Of a stretch of DNA of 51,467 bases, positions 9,832 through 19,594 are shown one piece after another. The DNA comes from an uncultured Mycoplasmatota bacterium (lineage in GTDB: Bacteria; Bacillota_I; Bacilli_A; RF39; UBA660), in the NCBI GenBank assembly GCA_947574215.1, contig CANPIX010000005.1:1-51467 (forward strand). Reading direction: 5' to 3'. A program made the position numbers and the translations under genes. Every line of letters starts with the position of its first letter. Within the stretch, counting starts at the first letter, position 1. The notes under the pieces were generated by a model that saw nothing but the letters and a program-made list of their open reading frames with translations, ran no database searches and had not been told where the DNA came from.

Positions 9832-11121
9832 TTATTTATTAGAAACCAACTTTTCCTTACCACCCATATAAGGCTGTAAAACTTTTGGAATCGTTACACT
9901 TCCATCTTCTTGAAAATTATTTTCTAAGAATGCAATTAACATTCTTGGTGGAGCAATTACTGTATTGTTAAGGGTATGTGTAAACACTTTTTCCCCTTCT
10001 TTATTTTTATAACGTATCGCTAACCTTCTTGCTTGCGCATCCGTTAAATTTGAACAAGAACAAACTTCAAAATATTTCTTTTGTCTTGGACTCCATGCTT
10101 CTATATCACAAGAACGATATTTTAAATCTGCTAAATCACCACTACAACAAACAAGCTTGCGCACAGGAATGTTTAAACTTCTAAACAACTCAACAGAATA
10201 TTGCCACATTTTTTCATACCAGCTATCACTATCCTCCGGTTTACAAATAACGACCATTTCCTGCTTCTCAAATTGATGAATTCGATAGACTCCACGTTCT
10301 TCAATACCATGCGCTCCTACTTCTTTTCGAAAACAAGGAGAATAAGAAGTCATTGTAATTGGTAGATCGCTTTCTTTTAAAATTTGATCTTTAAATTTAG
10401 CAATCATAGAATGCTCACTTGTTCCAATCAAATAAAGATCTTCCCCTTCAATTTTATACATCATAGCGTCTTTTTCTTCAAAAGACATAACACCATTAAC
10501 AGCGTCCCCATGAATCATAAAGGGCGGAATACAATACGTAAATCCCTTATCAATCATAAAATCCCTAGCGTAAGCAAGTACAGCAGAATGAAGTCTTGCA
10601 ATATCTCCCATCAAATAATAAAATCCATTTCCAGAAACTCTTCCAGCACTTTCTTTATCTAGACCACAAAAACTTTCCATAATTTCGCTATGGTATGGAA
10701 TTTCAAAATTAGACACTGTTGCTTCCCCAAATACTTGTTCTTCTACATTTTGAGTATCATTTTCTCCAATCGGAACATCATCTGCAATGATATTCGGAAT
10801 CAAGAGCATTTTATTTTTTATCTCTTCTCGTAAAAAACTTTCTTTTTCTTCTAAAGAAACAATTTCACTTTTCATATTCGCTACTTTTTTCTTTAGTTCT
10901 AAAGACTCTTCTACCTTTTTTTCCTGAATCAAAATACCAATTTGTTTACTTATTTTGTTAACTTCACTTTTTAATAAATCATTTTTCGTTTGGGTTTCAC
11001 GAAGCAATACATCTTTTTCTTTTACTTCATCTACTAAAAGAAGTTTTTGATTTTGAAATTTCTTCTTAATATTTTCTTTTACAAAATCACTATTTTCTCT
11101 AATTAGTTTAATATCAATCAT
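9832..11121 (-). CDS. serS: Serine--tRNA ligase
   Basis: MIDIKLIR, LYLIGTSEH, CFRKEVG, YRIHQFEKQE, EVCSCSN, HTLNNT. Confidence 0.97.
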   Translation of the reverse strand: MIDIKLIRENSDFVKENIKKKFQNQKLLLVDEVKEKDVLLRETQTKNDLLKSEVNKISKQIGILIQEKKVEESLELKKKVANMKSEIVSLEEKESFLREEIKNKMLLIPNIIADDVPIGENDTQNVEEQVFGEATVSNFEIPYHSEIMESFCGLDKESAGRVSGNGFYYLMGDIARLHSAVLAYARDFMIDKGFTYCIPPFMIHGDAVNGVMSFEEKDAMMYKIEGEDLYLIGTSEHSMIAKFKDQILKESDLPITMTSYSPCFRKEVGAHGIEERGVYRIHQFEKQEMVVICKPEDSDSWYEKMWQYSVELFRSLNIPVRKLVCCSGDLADLKYRSCDIEAWSPRQKKYFEVCSCSNLTDAQARRLAIRYKNKEGEKVFTHTLNNTVIAPPRMLIAFLENNFQEDGSVTIPKVLQPYMGGKEKLVSNK

Positions 11122-11672
11122 TGGTATTTTCTCCTTTTTCTACTTAATTTTTGTATTTCTTTGTTATACACTTCATAAACTAACGGTAAAGTTTCACAGT
11201 ATTTTTTATAAAGTTTCTTTTGTTTTTTTGTATCTAATTCTAGTATTCTTCTTGGACTTAAATTATCTCCTATATCGTGTAATTTTACTTCGATGGCTAT
11301 TATATCGTTAGAATGCAAAACAGAAGCAACATAATCTACATAATGCGGGTATTTTTCTTTATCTCTACATAAAATTTGCAAAGAAGAAATTACAGACATG
11401 GGAAACAAGCCTAATAAATCCCAAAACGTTAAATAACCATCTTCTACAATATCATGAAGTAAAGCAACAACACGTCCTAATGGTGAATTTATTTGTTCAG
11501 CGATTCGAATAAAATGACCTGTTTCTGCATTTCCCGATAAATCCAAATGTTCTGCGTAAACTCTCCCGACAATAGAAAGTGCTCTTAATTCTAAATCTGG
11601 AATTTGATAAAGCTTTTTAAGATCATTTGTTGAAAAATATTTTTTTAAATTTCCATAACTTACATTACTCAT
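11118..11672 (-). CDS. HD-domain protein, small alarmone ((p)ppGpp) hydrolase-like
   Basis: ALLHDIVED and VKLHDIGDN match the RelA/SpoT hydrolase HDxxED and KxxDxxDN motifs; no synthetase domain. Confidence 0.75.
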   Translation of the reverse strand: MSNVSYGNLKKYFSTNDLKKLYQIPDLELRALSIVGRVYAEHLDLSGNAETGHFIRIAEQINSPLGRVVALLHDIVEDGYLTFWDLLGLFPMSVISSLQILCRDKEKYPHYVDYVASVLHSNDIIAIEVKLHDIGDNLSPRRILELDTKKQKKLYKKYCETLPLVYEVYNKEIQKLSRKRRKYQ

Positions 11673-11824
11673 AACCCACCTAATACTTCTAAATTAAGTA
11701 TAGCACAATTTTTCTAAATTAAATACAAATATTTGAATAGTAAGTTGGCTATTTTACCAATAGTTCTAATGAGCAAAAAAAATAAAAGAACAATTTAAAT
11801 TTTTACATAAAAAAATTCGATTCA

Positions 11825-13588
11825 TTAATTTTCACGAATTCTTTTTTTTATATTTTCATTTAATATTTTTACAAACTCTTCTTTATCTACAGTGATGGTT
11901 TCTTCACTACCAAATTTACGGTAGGAAATTGTATTTTCTTCAACTTCTTTTTGCCCAATAATTAAGGTAAATGGTATTTTTCGAATCACGCTTTCTCTCA
12001 TTCGATAGCCTACTTTTTCTTCTCTTTTGTCAAGTTCCACTCGAATATTTTCTTGAAGAAGTCTATGAAAGATATTTTCAGCATATTCCAAATGATACGC
12101 ATTATTAACTGGTAAAATATTTACTTGCACAGGACTTAACCATGTAGGCAATGCCCCTTTCGTTTCTTCTAAATAATAAGCGATAAAACGATCAATACTT
12201 CCTAAAATGGCTCTGTGAAGAACAACTGGCGTCTTCTTTTCTCCATCACAATCCACATATTTCAAATCAAACTTCATAGGTAAGCAAAAATCAATTTGGC
12301 AAGTAGACAAAGTATATTCATTTCCAACCGCAGGTCGAACCTGTACATCTAGTTTTGGTCCATAAAACGCTGCTTCTCCAATCTTTTCTACATAAGGAAT
12401 TCCTATTTCATTAAGAATTTCACGCAATTTATTTTCAGCATTGTTCCACATTTCATCATCTGGATGGTATTTTACTTTATCTTCTGGATCTCTTAAGGAA
12501 AGTTCAAAATGGTAATCCGTAATATTTAGTTCTTTGTACACTTCTAATATTAAATCAACCACAGATTTAAATTCACTCCCTATTTGTTCTGGAGTTACAA
12601 ACAAATGAGCATCGTTTTGACAAAAACTTCTTACACGTTCAATTCCTTTTAAAGCTCCACTTGCTTCAAAGCGACAATCTCTTGCTACTTCTCCAATACG
12701 AAGCGGTAAATCGCGATAAGAATGAATATCATTTGCATAAATCATCATATGATGGGGACAATTCATTGGACGAAGAACAAATTCTTCGCCTTCTACTTCC
12801 ATTTTTGGAAACATACTCTCTTGATAATGTTCCCAGTGACCACTTGTTTTATAAAGTTCTACATTACCAAGTGGTGGAGTTAGCACATGTTTATAGCCTA
12901 ATTTTTTTTCTTTTCCCTTAATGTAATTTTCAAATTCTTCCCAAATAATATAACCATTTGGCAAGTACATTGGAAGTCCTTTTCCGACTAAATCATGTGT
13001 CATAAAAATCCCTAAATCTTTACCAAGTTTTCTGTGATCGCGTGTTTTTGCTTCTTCTAATTCTTCTAAATAGGCATTTAACTCTTCTTCCGTTTGAAAG
13101 CACACACCATATATTCTTTGCAAAACTTTGTTATTGACGTCCCCTTTCCAATACGCCCCACTAAATTTAATAAGTTTAAAATACTTACACTCTTTTACGC
13201 TCTCTACATGTGGTCCACGACATAGATCTGTAAAATCGCCTTGTGAATAAGTGGAGATAACGGTTTCGGATTCGTCCATTCGTGAAAGTAAATCTAATTT
13301 ATAGGGATCATCTTTAAATTGTTCTAAAGCTTCCTTTTTACTTATTTCATTACGAACAATTCTTTTTCCATCTTTACTAATTTTCTTCATTTCTTTAGAA
13401 ATCGCTTCAATATCACTTTCTGTAATCACTTTATCTCCTAAATCCACATCGTAATAAAATCCTGTATCTACAACGGGACCAACCCAAAATTTAGCATCTG
13501 GATATAAGTGCTTAATCGCTTGGGCCATCATGTGAGCACAACTATGGTTTAATTTGTTTAACTTTTCATTTTCTTTAAAATTGATCAT
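11825..13588 (-). CDS. thrS: Threonine--tRNA ligase (lacks N-terminal TGS domain)
   Basis: HSCAH, DLCRGPH, RDHRKLG, RPMNCPHH, AAFYGPKLD, HRAILGS. Confidence 0.97.
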   Translation of the reverse strand: MINFKENEKLNKLNHSCAHMMAQAIKHLYPDAKFWVGPVVDTGFYYDVDLGDKVITESDIEAISKEMKKISKDGKRIVRNEISKKEALEQFKDDPYKLDLLSRMDESETVISTYSQGDFTDLCRGPHVESVKECKYFKLIKFSGAYWKGDVNNKVLQRIYGVCFQTEEELNAYLEELEEAKTRDHRKLGKDLGIFMTHDLVGKGLPMYLPNGYIIWEEFENYIKGKEKKLGYKHVLTPPLGNVELYKTSGHWEHYQESMFPKMEVEGEEFVLRPMNCPHHMMIYANDIHSYRDLPLRIGEVARDCRFEASGALKGIERVRSFCQNDAHLFVTPEQIGSEFKSVVDLILEVYKELNITDYHFELSLRDPEDKVKYHPDDEMWNNAENKLREILNEIGIPYVEKIGEAAFYGPKLDVQVRPAVGNEYTLSTCQIDFCLPMKFDLKYVDCDGEKKTPVVLHRAILGSIDRFIAYYLEETKGALPTWLSPVQVNILPVNNAYHLEYAENIFHRLLQENIRVELDKREEKVGYRMRESVIRKIPFTLIIGQKEVEENTISYRKFGSEETITVDKEEFVKILNENIKKRIREN

Positions 13589-13602
13589 AATACGCCTTCT
13601 TT

Positions 13603-14094
13603 CTATAATTTATGTATTTCATTATCCATTTGATTTTTATTTTCAGTAATCCAATATTGGTATTCTTCTTCCGTTTTAGGTATAAAATCAAATGCTTTAT
13701 TTTGATATACATTTAATGACTTATTTTCTGTAACTATCAAATGGCTAGCACTTTCTAAAGCTTCTAATTGTTCTATACTTCCAAGATTTTCTGGCAAATA
13801 AAACATAAATTCTGGATTAAAACTATGATATTTCTCTGGGTATTTTACTTTTAAACACATATCTTTATTCGCAATTTCAATAACTCCATTTTGAGCCAAT
13901 AAACGAGAAACACTATAATGATCTGCATATCCAAAATTTATAATAAAAGCAATTTGTAAAAATTTTTTGGATATCATCAAATGTTTTTTTAAATATGGTA
14001 AATGATTTTCATAATCTCCAATTGGGATGTTTTCTATTTCTCCATCAGGATAAATAAGAACAATCGCTTGATCTTTTAACTCTTCATATTTCAT
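13603..14094 (-). CDS. Hypothetical protein between Thr T-box and thrS
   Basis: 163-aa ORF with AAGGAG RBS directly after the T-box terminator; no recognisable motif. Confidence 0.7.
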   Translation of the reverse strand: MKYEELKDQAIVLIYPDGEIENIPIGDYENHLPYLKKHLMISKKFLQIAFIINFGYADHYSVSRLLAQNGVIEIANKDMCLKVKYPEKYHSFNPEFMFYLPENLGSIEQLEALESASHLIVTENKSLNVYQNKAFDFIPKTEEEYQYWITENKNQMDNEIHKL

Positions 14095-14112
14095 AAAAAT
14101 CTCCTTAAAATT

Positions 14113-14300
14113 AAAAAAGCAAGTCAATGCCAAGGAGCAAAGACTTGCGGTACCATCCTTTATTTTACTTAATTTCGATAACGGCTATTAACCGGGGAGG
14201 ATTAATCCCTCTAGAAAGTAGTAATTTTATTTTTTATTTATTCATTTACACCATCCATGAACTCTCTTTAAAATAAGAAAATAAAATCGTATCTTTCATC
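14113..14300 (-). promoter_or_regulatory. T-box riboswitch, Thr specifier (ACU)
   Basis: AGAGAG and GGTG boxes, specifier ACT at 14220-14222, AAGGATGGTACCGC at 14147-14160, terminator GCAAGTC/GACTTGC plus T6. Confidence 0.9.
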
Positions 14301-14317
14301 AACAATTTCTACTTGAA

Positions 14318-14346
14318 AGTTTAACACTTTCTTTTTTTCTTGTCAA
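14318..14346 (-). promoter_or_regulatory. Sigma-A promoter for the Thr T-box leader
   Basis: TTGACA-17 bp-TAAACT on minus strand, overlapping the rpe stop codon. Confidence 0.7.
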
Positions 14347-14987
14347 ATTACTTTTGAATTTTTTAGTTTATCAATTTGTTTATTAAAATCCGCTTGTTTA
14401 TAAATAAAAGAACCTGCCACCGCACAATCTATTTTATTTGCTATTTTTTTGATCGTATGTTCATTTATGCCACCATCTACACTAATAAGACAATTGGCAT
14501 TTTCTTTTTGAATTAAATTATGTAAATTGTTAATGCGTTCTACAGTTTCTTCTAGAAACTTTTGACCCCCATATCCTGGAATTATTGCCATTACAAGAAC
14601 AATATCAACTTTTTTTAAATAAGGTCTTATGTTCTCTAAATTAGTAAACGGACCTATGGCAATCCCAACCTTGGTCTTTTTACTTTTTATATAAGAAATA
14701 AGTTGATTGTGATGAGTAGTAGCCTCAAACTCGTAAATAATAGATTCTGGTTTCAATAATGAAAAAGCGTCTATAAATTTTTTTAAATGCAATGTCATCA
14801 AATGAACTTCTTTTGGTTTTCTGCATTTTTGTAGACACGTTATAACTTCTTTACAAAATGGTGTAGTGTTATTCACTAATAATCCATCAGCAACATCAAT
14901 ATGAATAGAATCTGTTTTGGATTTGTCGATTTTAATAATCGTAGAAATTGGATCAACGCTTCCTAAAAAAGATACAGATGTTTTCAT
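14343..14987 (-). CDS. rpe: Ribulose-phosphate 3-epimerase
   Basis: HIDVADG, EVHLM, PGYGGQKF, VDGGIN; follows rsgA. Confidence 0.93.
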   Translation of the reverse strand: MKTSVSFLGSVDPISTIIKIDKSKTDSIHIDVADGLLVNNTTPFCKEVITCLQKCRKPKEVHLMTLHLKKFIDAFSLLKPESIIYEFEATTHHNQLISYIKSKKTKVGIAIGPFTNLENIRPYLKKVDIVLVMAIIPGYGGQKFLEETVERINNLHNLIQKENANCLISVDGGINEHTIKKIANKIDCAVAGSFIYKQADFNKQIDKLKNSKVI

Positions 14988-14995
14988 TTTAGCTC

Positions 14996-15823
14996 CTATC
15001 TATTCTTTATAAAATTTAAATAATTTTCGTATCGAGATTTTAAAATTTTTCCGTTTTCTACAGCAATTTTTACCTGACAGTTTTTTTCTTTATCATGCAT
15101 GCAATTATTAAAAGGACAAGTAAAATTTTGAAACTCTATGAAACTATCCCGAATTTCTTCTTTTGTTATTTGATTTAAATCCAAGCTAGAAAATCCTGGT
15201 GTATCCGCAATATAAAAATTACGAATTGAAAATAATTCAACATGACGAGTAGTATGTTTTCCTCTTCCAAGACTTTCTGAAATTTCATCTGTTCTCAAAT
15301 GCAAATTTTTATTTAATTTATTTAACAGTGTACTTTTTCCTGCTCCCGTTTGTCCTGTCACAACTACCATTTTTTGTTTTAAAATCTTATTTAATTTTTT
15401 ATATTCTTGATTCGTTATCACAGAAATACCTAATTTTTTATAATAGCTGCTTATAGATTTTATCTCTTTTTTTTCTAATTTCGAAAGCAAATCCAATTTA
15501 GTAAAACATAAAACAGGCTGGATTTGATGAATTGTAACTACGCTTATCATTTTGTCCAATAAGTTTAAAGATAAATTTGGCTTTTTTACACTAGTTACAA
15601 TTAACGCAACATCCACATTAGCAATTGTAGGTCTAGACAAAAAGTTTTTTCTTGGAAAAATTTCTAAAATATAATTCTGTTTTTCATCGATTAAACATTG
15701 ATCCCCTACCAAAGGAGTTAAGAGGTCCTTACGAAATCTACCTCTAGCTCTACATTCTTTTCGACCTTGTTCCGTTTCCACCGTATACAAATTGCTTATA
15801 ATTTTAACAATGGTTCCTCGCAT
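14996..15823 (-). CDS. rsgA: Ribosome small subunit-dependent GTPase A
   Basis: TKLD, GQTGAGKS, GRGKHTTRH, DTPGF, C-terminal Zn site CxFxxCxH. Confidence 0.96.
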   Translation of the reverse strand: MRGTIVKIISNLYTVETEQGRKECRARGRFRKDLLTPLVGDQCLIDEKQNYILEIFPRKNFLSRPTIANVDVALIVTSVKKPNLSLNLLDKMISVVTIHQIQPVLCFTKLDLLSKLEKKEIKSISSYYKKLGISVITNQEYKKLNKILKQKMVVVTGQTGAGKSTLLNKLNKNLHLRTDEISESLGRGKHTTRHVELFSIRNFYIADTPGFSSLDLNQITKEEIRDSFIEFQNFTCPFNNCMHDKEKNCQVKIAVENGKILKSRYENYLNFIKNR

Positions 15824-15824
15824 A

Positions 15825-17570
15825 TTAACATTGTCCTAAAGCACTTGCTATTTCATCACATTCCGTTGGTATTTCGTTTTCGCCATCGTTTTTAGCCACT
15901 TTAATAGTCAACGTTACTCCTGCACGAATCGTAAAATCTTTTGGTTTATCTTGACTAATGATTTTTCCATTCTCGTATTCAGTAGTTACAACTTCATCAA
16001 CAACAAGTTTAATACCGTATTCTTCACAAAAAGCTTCTATCTCTTCTATACTATAACTTCCATCCGTAAAATCGGGGTATTTACTTATAATATTTGGAAT
16101 ATAAAGTGTAATTGTATCTCCAACAGATGCTTTTTCTTGCTCTTTTATGGATTGCTCTATAATTTCTCCATCTTTGTATTTTTCAGGATCTTCTACATCT
16201 TTTTTCTCAATAAGCACTTGTAAGCCTAAAGCTTCCAAAGCTCCTTTTACTTCTAAATAATTTTTTTTCAAATAATTCTCAATCGTTATTTTTGTATCTC
16301 CGACAGAAACATATAAAGTAATTAGAGTACTTTTGGTTCGCTTGCTGTTTGCTGCGGGATTGGTTTTTATCACATGTCCCTCTGCCACTTCACTACTTGC
16401 CTGTTCTTGTTGTTCATCGCTTACCGTAAAACCAACATCTTGTAATTTTCCGATCGCTTCTTGCACCGTCAAATTAGTGACATCAGGAACTGTAATTTCT
16501 TTTTGATTTGTAATAATAGGAATCAAAACAATCACAGAAGTAATTACGACCACAAGACCAGTAAAAATAGAGGCTAAAACAATCAACAGTTTATTTTGTT
16601 TTTTTAAATCCCCTTTTGTTATTTGCTTTGCTATAGGCTTCTCACCTTCACTTTCTTTTTTATTTTCTTTTAACATCTTAGTTACTTTTGTATCATCAAA
16701 ATTATTTTCTGGATATTTAAATACGATTTTAGCCTCTTTCATTCGTTCATCGTTCATACAAGTTTTTAAATCTTCGTGCATTTCTCGCGCATCTACATAA
16801 CGATTTTTTGGATTTTTTGCCGTTGATTTCCAAATGATATTTGCAATACTATTAGGTAAACTAGGAAGTTCTTCTTTTATATCGGGCATCGGTTCTCTTA
16901 AATGTTTTAAAGCAATTTCAACAGCATTGTCTCCACGAAAAGGGAGTTTACCCGTTAACAATTCATACATAACAATACCCATAGAATAAATGTCGCTTTG
17001 AAGACTAGAACCTTTTCCATTGGCTTGTTCAGGAGGAAGATAATGTACACTTCCCATCACAGAATTGGTTTGTGTAAGCTGAGTTGCGTTCATTGCCATA
17101 GCGATTCCGAAATCAGTTATTTTAATAAGACCATTTTCTAAAATCATAATGTTTTGTGGTTTAATATCACGATGGATAATATAAGAATCATGAGCAACAC
17201 TCATTCCATCAGTAATTTGTAACATAATATCTATAACTTCGCTTGTTGTTAACTTTCCACGTTTTTTAATCAAATCCTTTAAATGTTTTCCTTCAATGTA
17301 TTCCATTACAATATAGTAATCCCCATTGTCCTCACCAACATCATAAACTTCAACAATATTGGAATGATTCAAACTACTTGCGGATAAAGCTTCTCTTTGA
17401 AAACGATGAACAAATTTCTCATCGCTGGCAAGATCACCTCGTAATAGTTTAATAGCAACATTTCGATCCAGTATTGTATCATAAGCTAGGTATACATTAG
17501 CCATTCCACCTTCTCCAATGGATTTGATGACTTGGTAACGATCACTAATCTTTTGCCCCTTCATTATCAT
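15825..17570 (-). CDS. pknB: PASTA-domain Ser/Thr kinase (PrkC/Stk1)
   Basis: GEGGMANVY, HRDIKPQN, DFGIA, one TM segment, PASTA repeats. Confidence 0.95.
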   Translation of the reverse strand: MIMKGQKISDRYQVIKSIGEGGMANVYLAYDTILDRNVAIKLLRGDLASDEKFVHRFQREALSASSLNHSNIVEVYDVGEDNGDYYIVMEYIEGKHLKDLIKKRGKLTTSEVIDIMLQITDGMSVAHDSYIIHRDIKPQNIMILENGLIKITDFGIAMAMNATQLTQTNSVMGSVHYLPPEQANGKGSSLQSDIYSMGIVMYELLTGKLPFRGDNAVEIALKHLREPMPDIKEELPSLPNSIANIIWKSTAKNPKNRYVDAREMHEDLKTCMNDERMKEAKIVFKYPENNFDDTKVTKMLKENKKESEGEKPIAKQITKGDLKKQNKLLIVLASIFTGLVVVITSVIVLIPIITNQKEITVPDVTNLTVQEAIGKLQDVGFTVSDEQQEQASSEVAEGHVIKTNPAANSKRTKSTLITLYVSVGDTKITIENYLKKNYLEVKGALEALGLQVLIEKKDVEDPEKYKDGEIIEQSIKEQEKASVGDTITLYIPNIISKYPDFTDGSYSIEEIEAFCEEYGIKLVVDEVVTTEYENGKIISQDKPKDFTIRAGVTLTIKVAKNDGENEIPTECDEIASALGQC

Positions 17571-18316
17571 CCTTCTTCACCACTTTCCTTTATTTCTAAA
17601 TAAGCAATGGAGACATTGTCTTGCCCACCTCGTGCATTGCATTTACGTATTAATTTTATAACTTTTTCTTCTATAGAAAGTGTTTCATCATTTAAAACAC
17701 GTTCTATTTGTTCATCGCTTAGCATATTTGTGAGTCCATCACTACATAATAGAATCGCCTCACTCGTTAGATCTACATCAAAAATATCAAGCTCTACTTT
17801 TTCCATTGCTCCAAGAGCTTTCATTAAAACATTCTTTTTTGGGTGGTATTTGGCTTCTTCTTCCGTTAATTGACCTGTTTCTACAAGCAAATTCACTAAA
17901 GAATGCGGTTTAGTAACTTGATGCAAATGACGGTTTTTTAAAACATATCCAGTAGAGTCTCCAATATTTCCAAAAATCAAATATTTTTTTGTTAAAAGAG
18001 CTAGAACCAAAGTAGTTCCTAGTCCAGTGGCGTTTGGATTTTTTTTCGCGTATTCAATTATTTCATTATTTACTTCACTAGCGTTATCGTTCATCCAGTT
18101 AACAGCGTCTTCTAAAGAGCCTACACTCGCCATTGAACTAAAGCGTTTTCCATAATGTGTTACCGCAAGACTAGATGCTACTTCTCCTGCTCTATGTCCT
18201 CCCATTCCATCCGCTACCATTAATAAATATTCACCACTATTATTTTTTAGTATGGTTACACTATCTTCGTTATGACTTCGCACACGCCCTGCATCGGTTA
18301 AATAAAAACTTTTCAT
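17567..18316 (-). CDS. stp: PP2C Ser/Thr phosphatase (PrpC/Stp1)
   Basis: RSHNED, ADGMGGH, CSDGL, GGQDN. Confidence 0.95.
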   Translation of the reverse strand: MKSFYLTDAGRVRSHNEDSVTILKNNSGEYLLMVADGMGGHRAGEVASSLAVTHYGKRFSSMASVGSLEDAVNWMNDNASEVNNEIIEYAKKNPNATGLGTTLVLALLTKKYLIFGNIGDSTGYVLKNRHLHQVTKPHSLVNLLVETGQLTEEEAKYHPKKNVLMKALGAMEKVELDIFDVDLTSEAILLCSDGLTNMLSDEQIERVLNDETLSIEEKVIKLIRKCNARGGQDNVSIAYLEIKESGEEG

Positions 18317-19335
18317 TTTTCCACCTCTTTACTTCTCAACTGCCCACAAGCAGCTGAAATTTTGCCACCAAATTCTTTTCGAATTGTAACGTTTATGCCC
18401 CTATTTTTCAATACAGCACAAAAATTGCTAATCGTTTCTTTATCACTTTTATATAAATGAATATGATTGGTTTCATTGTAAGGAATCAAATTCACATAAA
18501 CATTCATATGGGATAAAAGAGAAGCTAATTCCTCAGCACAATTCTTATTATCATTTATCCCTTTAAGCATAACATATTCTATAGTTACTCGTCTATTAGT
18601 ATATGCAATATAGTCCTTTATAGCCCTAATTAGTTGACTAATATTATACACTTGATTGACTTTCATGATTTTATTTCTAATTTCATCATTGGGCGCATGC
18701 AAGGAAATTGCTAAATTTATTTGAATGTTTTCTTTCATTAAATCATATATTTTTGGAACCAATCCACTAGTTGATAACGTAATATGACGGATCCCCAAAG
18801 CTAAACCTTTGGCATCATTAATAATGCGAATAAAAGCAAGAACATTTTCATAATTGTCTAAAGGTTCTCCAATACCCATAAGAACTACACTTGAAATACG
18901 GTCCCCAATATCACTCTCAATAGCTAAAATTTGGGAAACCATTTCAAACGTTTCTAAATTTCGCACTTTTTTCAGTCTACCCGATTCACAAAATTGACAT
19001 CCCATATTACATCCTACTTGGCTTGATACGCAAAGACTTATTCCATAATCATGATACATAACAACCGCTTCTATGTAATTTTGATCTTCAAGTTCAAATA
19101 AATATTTACGCGTTAAGGTATCTCGTTCTTTACGAATTATTTTTGGCATTGCAAAAGAAAAATCTTCTTTGATTTTCTCACGAATTTCTTTTTTTAGATT
19201 TGTCCATTCTTCTACATTTGAAATTTTCTTTTCATATAACCATTCAAATACTTGCAAGGCTTTAAACTTTTTTTCTTCAATACTCAAAAAATACGTTTCT
19301 AGTTTTTCTCTTGTAAAACCATAAATATTATTCAT
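18313..19335 (-). CDS. rlmN: 23S rRNA/tRNA C2-methyltransferase
   Basis: SSQVGCNMGCQFC, MGIGEP, AACGQL. Confidence 0.96.
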   Translation of the reverse strand: MNNIYGFTREKLETYFLSIEEKKFKALQVFEWLYEKKISNVEEWTNLKKEIREKIKEDFSFAMPKIIRKERDTLTRKYLFELEDQNYIEAVVMYHDYGISLCVSSQVGCNMGCQFCESGRLKKVRNLETFEMVSQILAIESDIGDRISSVVLMGIGEPLDNYENVLAFIRIINDAKGLALGIRHITLSTSGLVPKIYDLMKENIQINLAISLHAPNDEIRNKIMKVNQVYNISQLIRAIKDYIAYTNRRVTIEYVMLKGINDNKNCAEELASLLSHMNVYVNLIPYNETNHIHLYKSDKETISNFCAVLKNRGINVTIRKEFGGKISAACGQLRSKEVEK

Positions 19336-19594
19336 AATTCCACCTAATTACAAATTATACCACGTTTTTAAAAAAAGAAAAAATAGCATCCACGCTATTT
19401 CATAGAAAATAAATTTATTTTTTTTCTTATCAACTATTCAATTTTATTTTTCTCTTGTTCCATAATCACATTATAAGTTTTTTCAAAGCTATTAATAGTT
19501 TTAAGTTTTAAACATATTAACCTTTTTAAATTTATCTTGAAACAAATTTTAAAGACTTTTTATTTGCAACTTCTTCACTTGAATACAATTAAAC

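Noticed and set aside
11672-11825. T-box upstream of the HD-serS unit
   Set aside because: No TGGNACC antiterminator or AGAGA/GNTG boxes; only a promoter-like -10
19400-19594. Possible gene remnant or sRNA between the 207-aa orphan and rlmN
   Set aside because: Only a 4-codon ORF after an RBS-like site plus a short off-frame stretch; no recognisable similarity or structure
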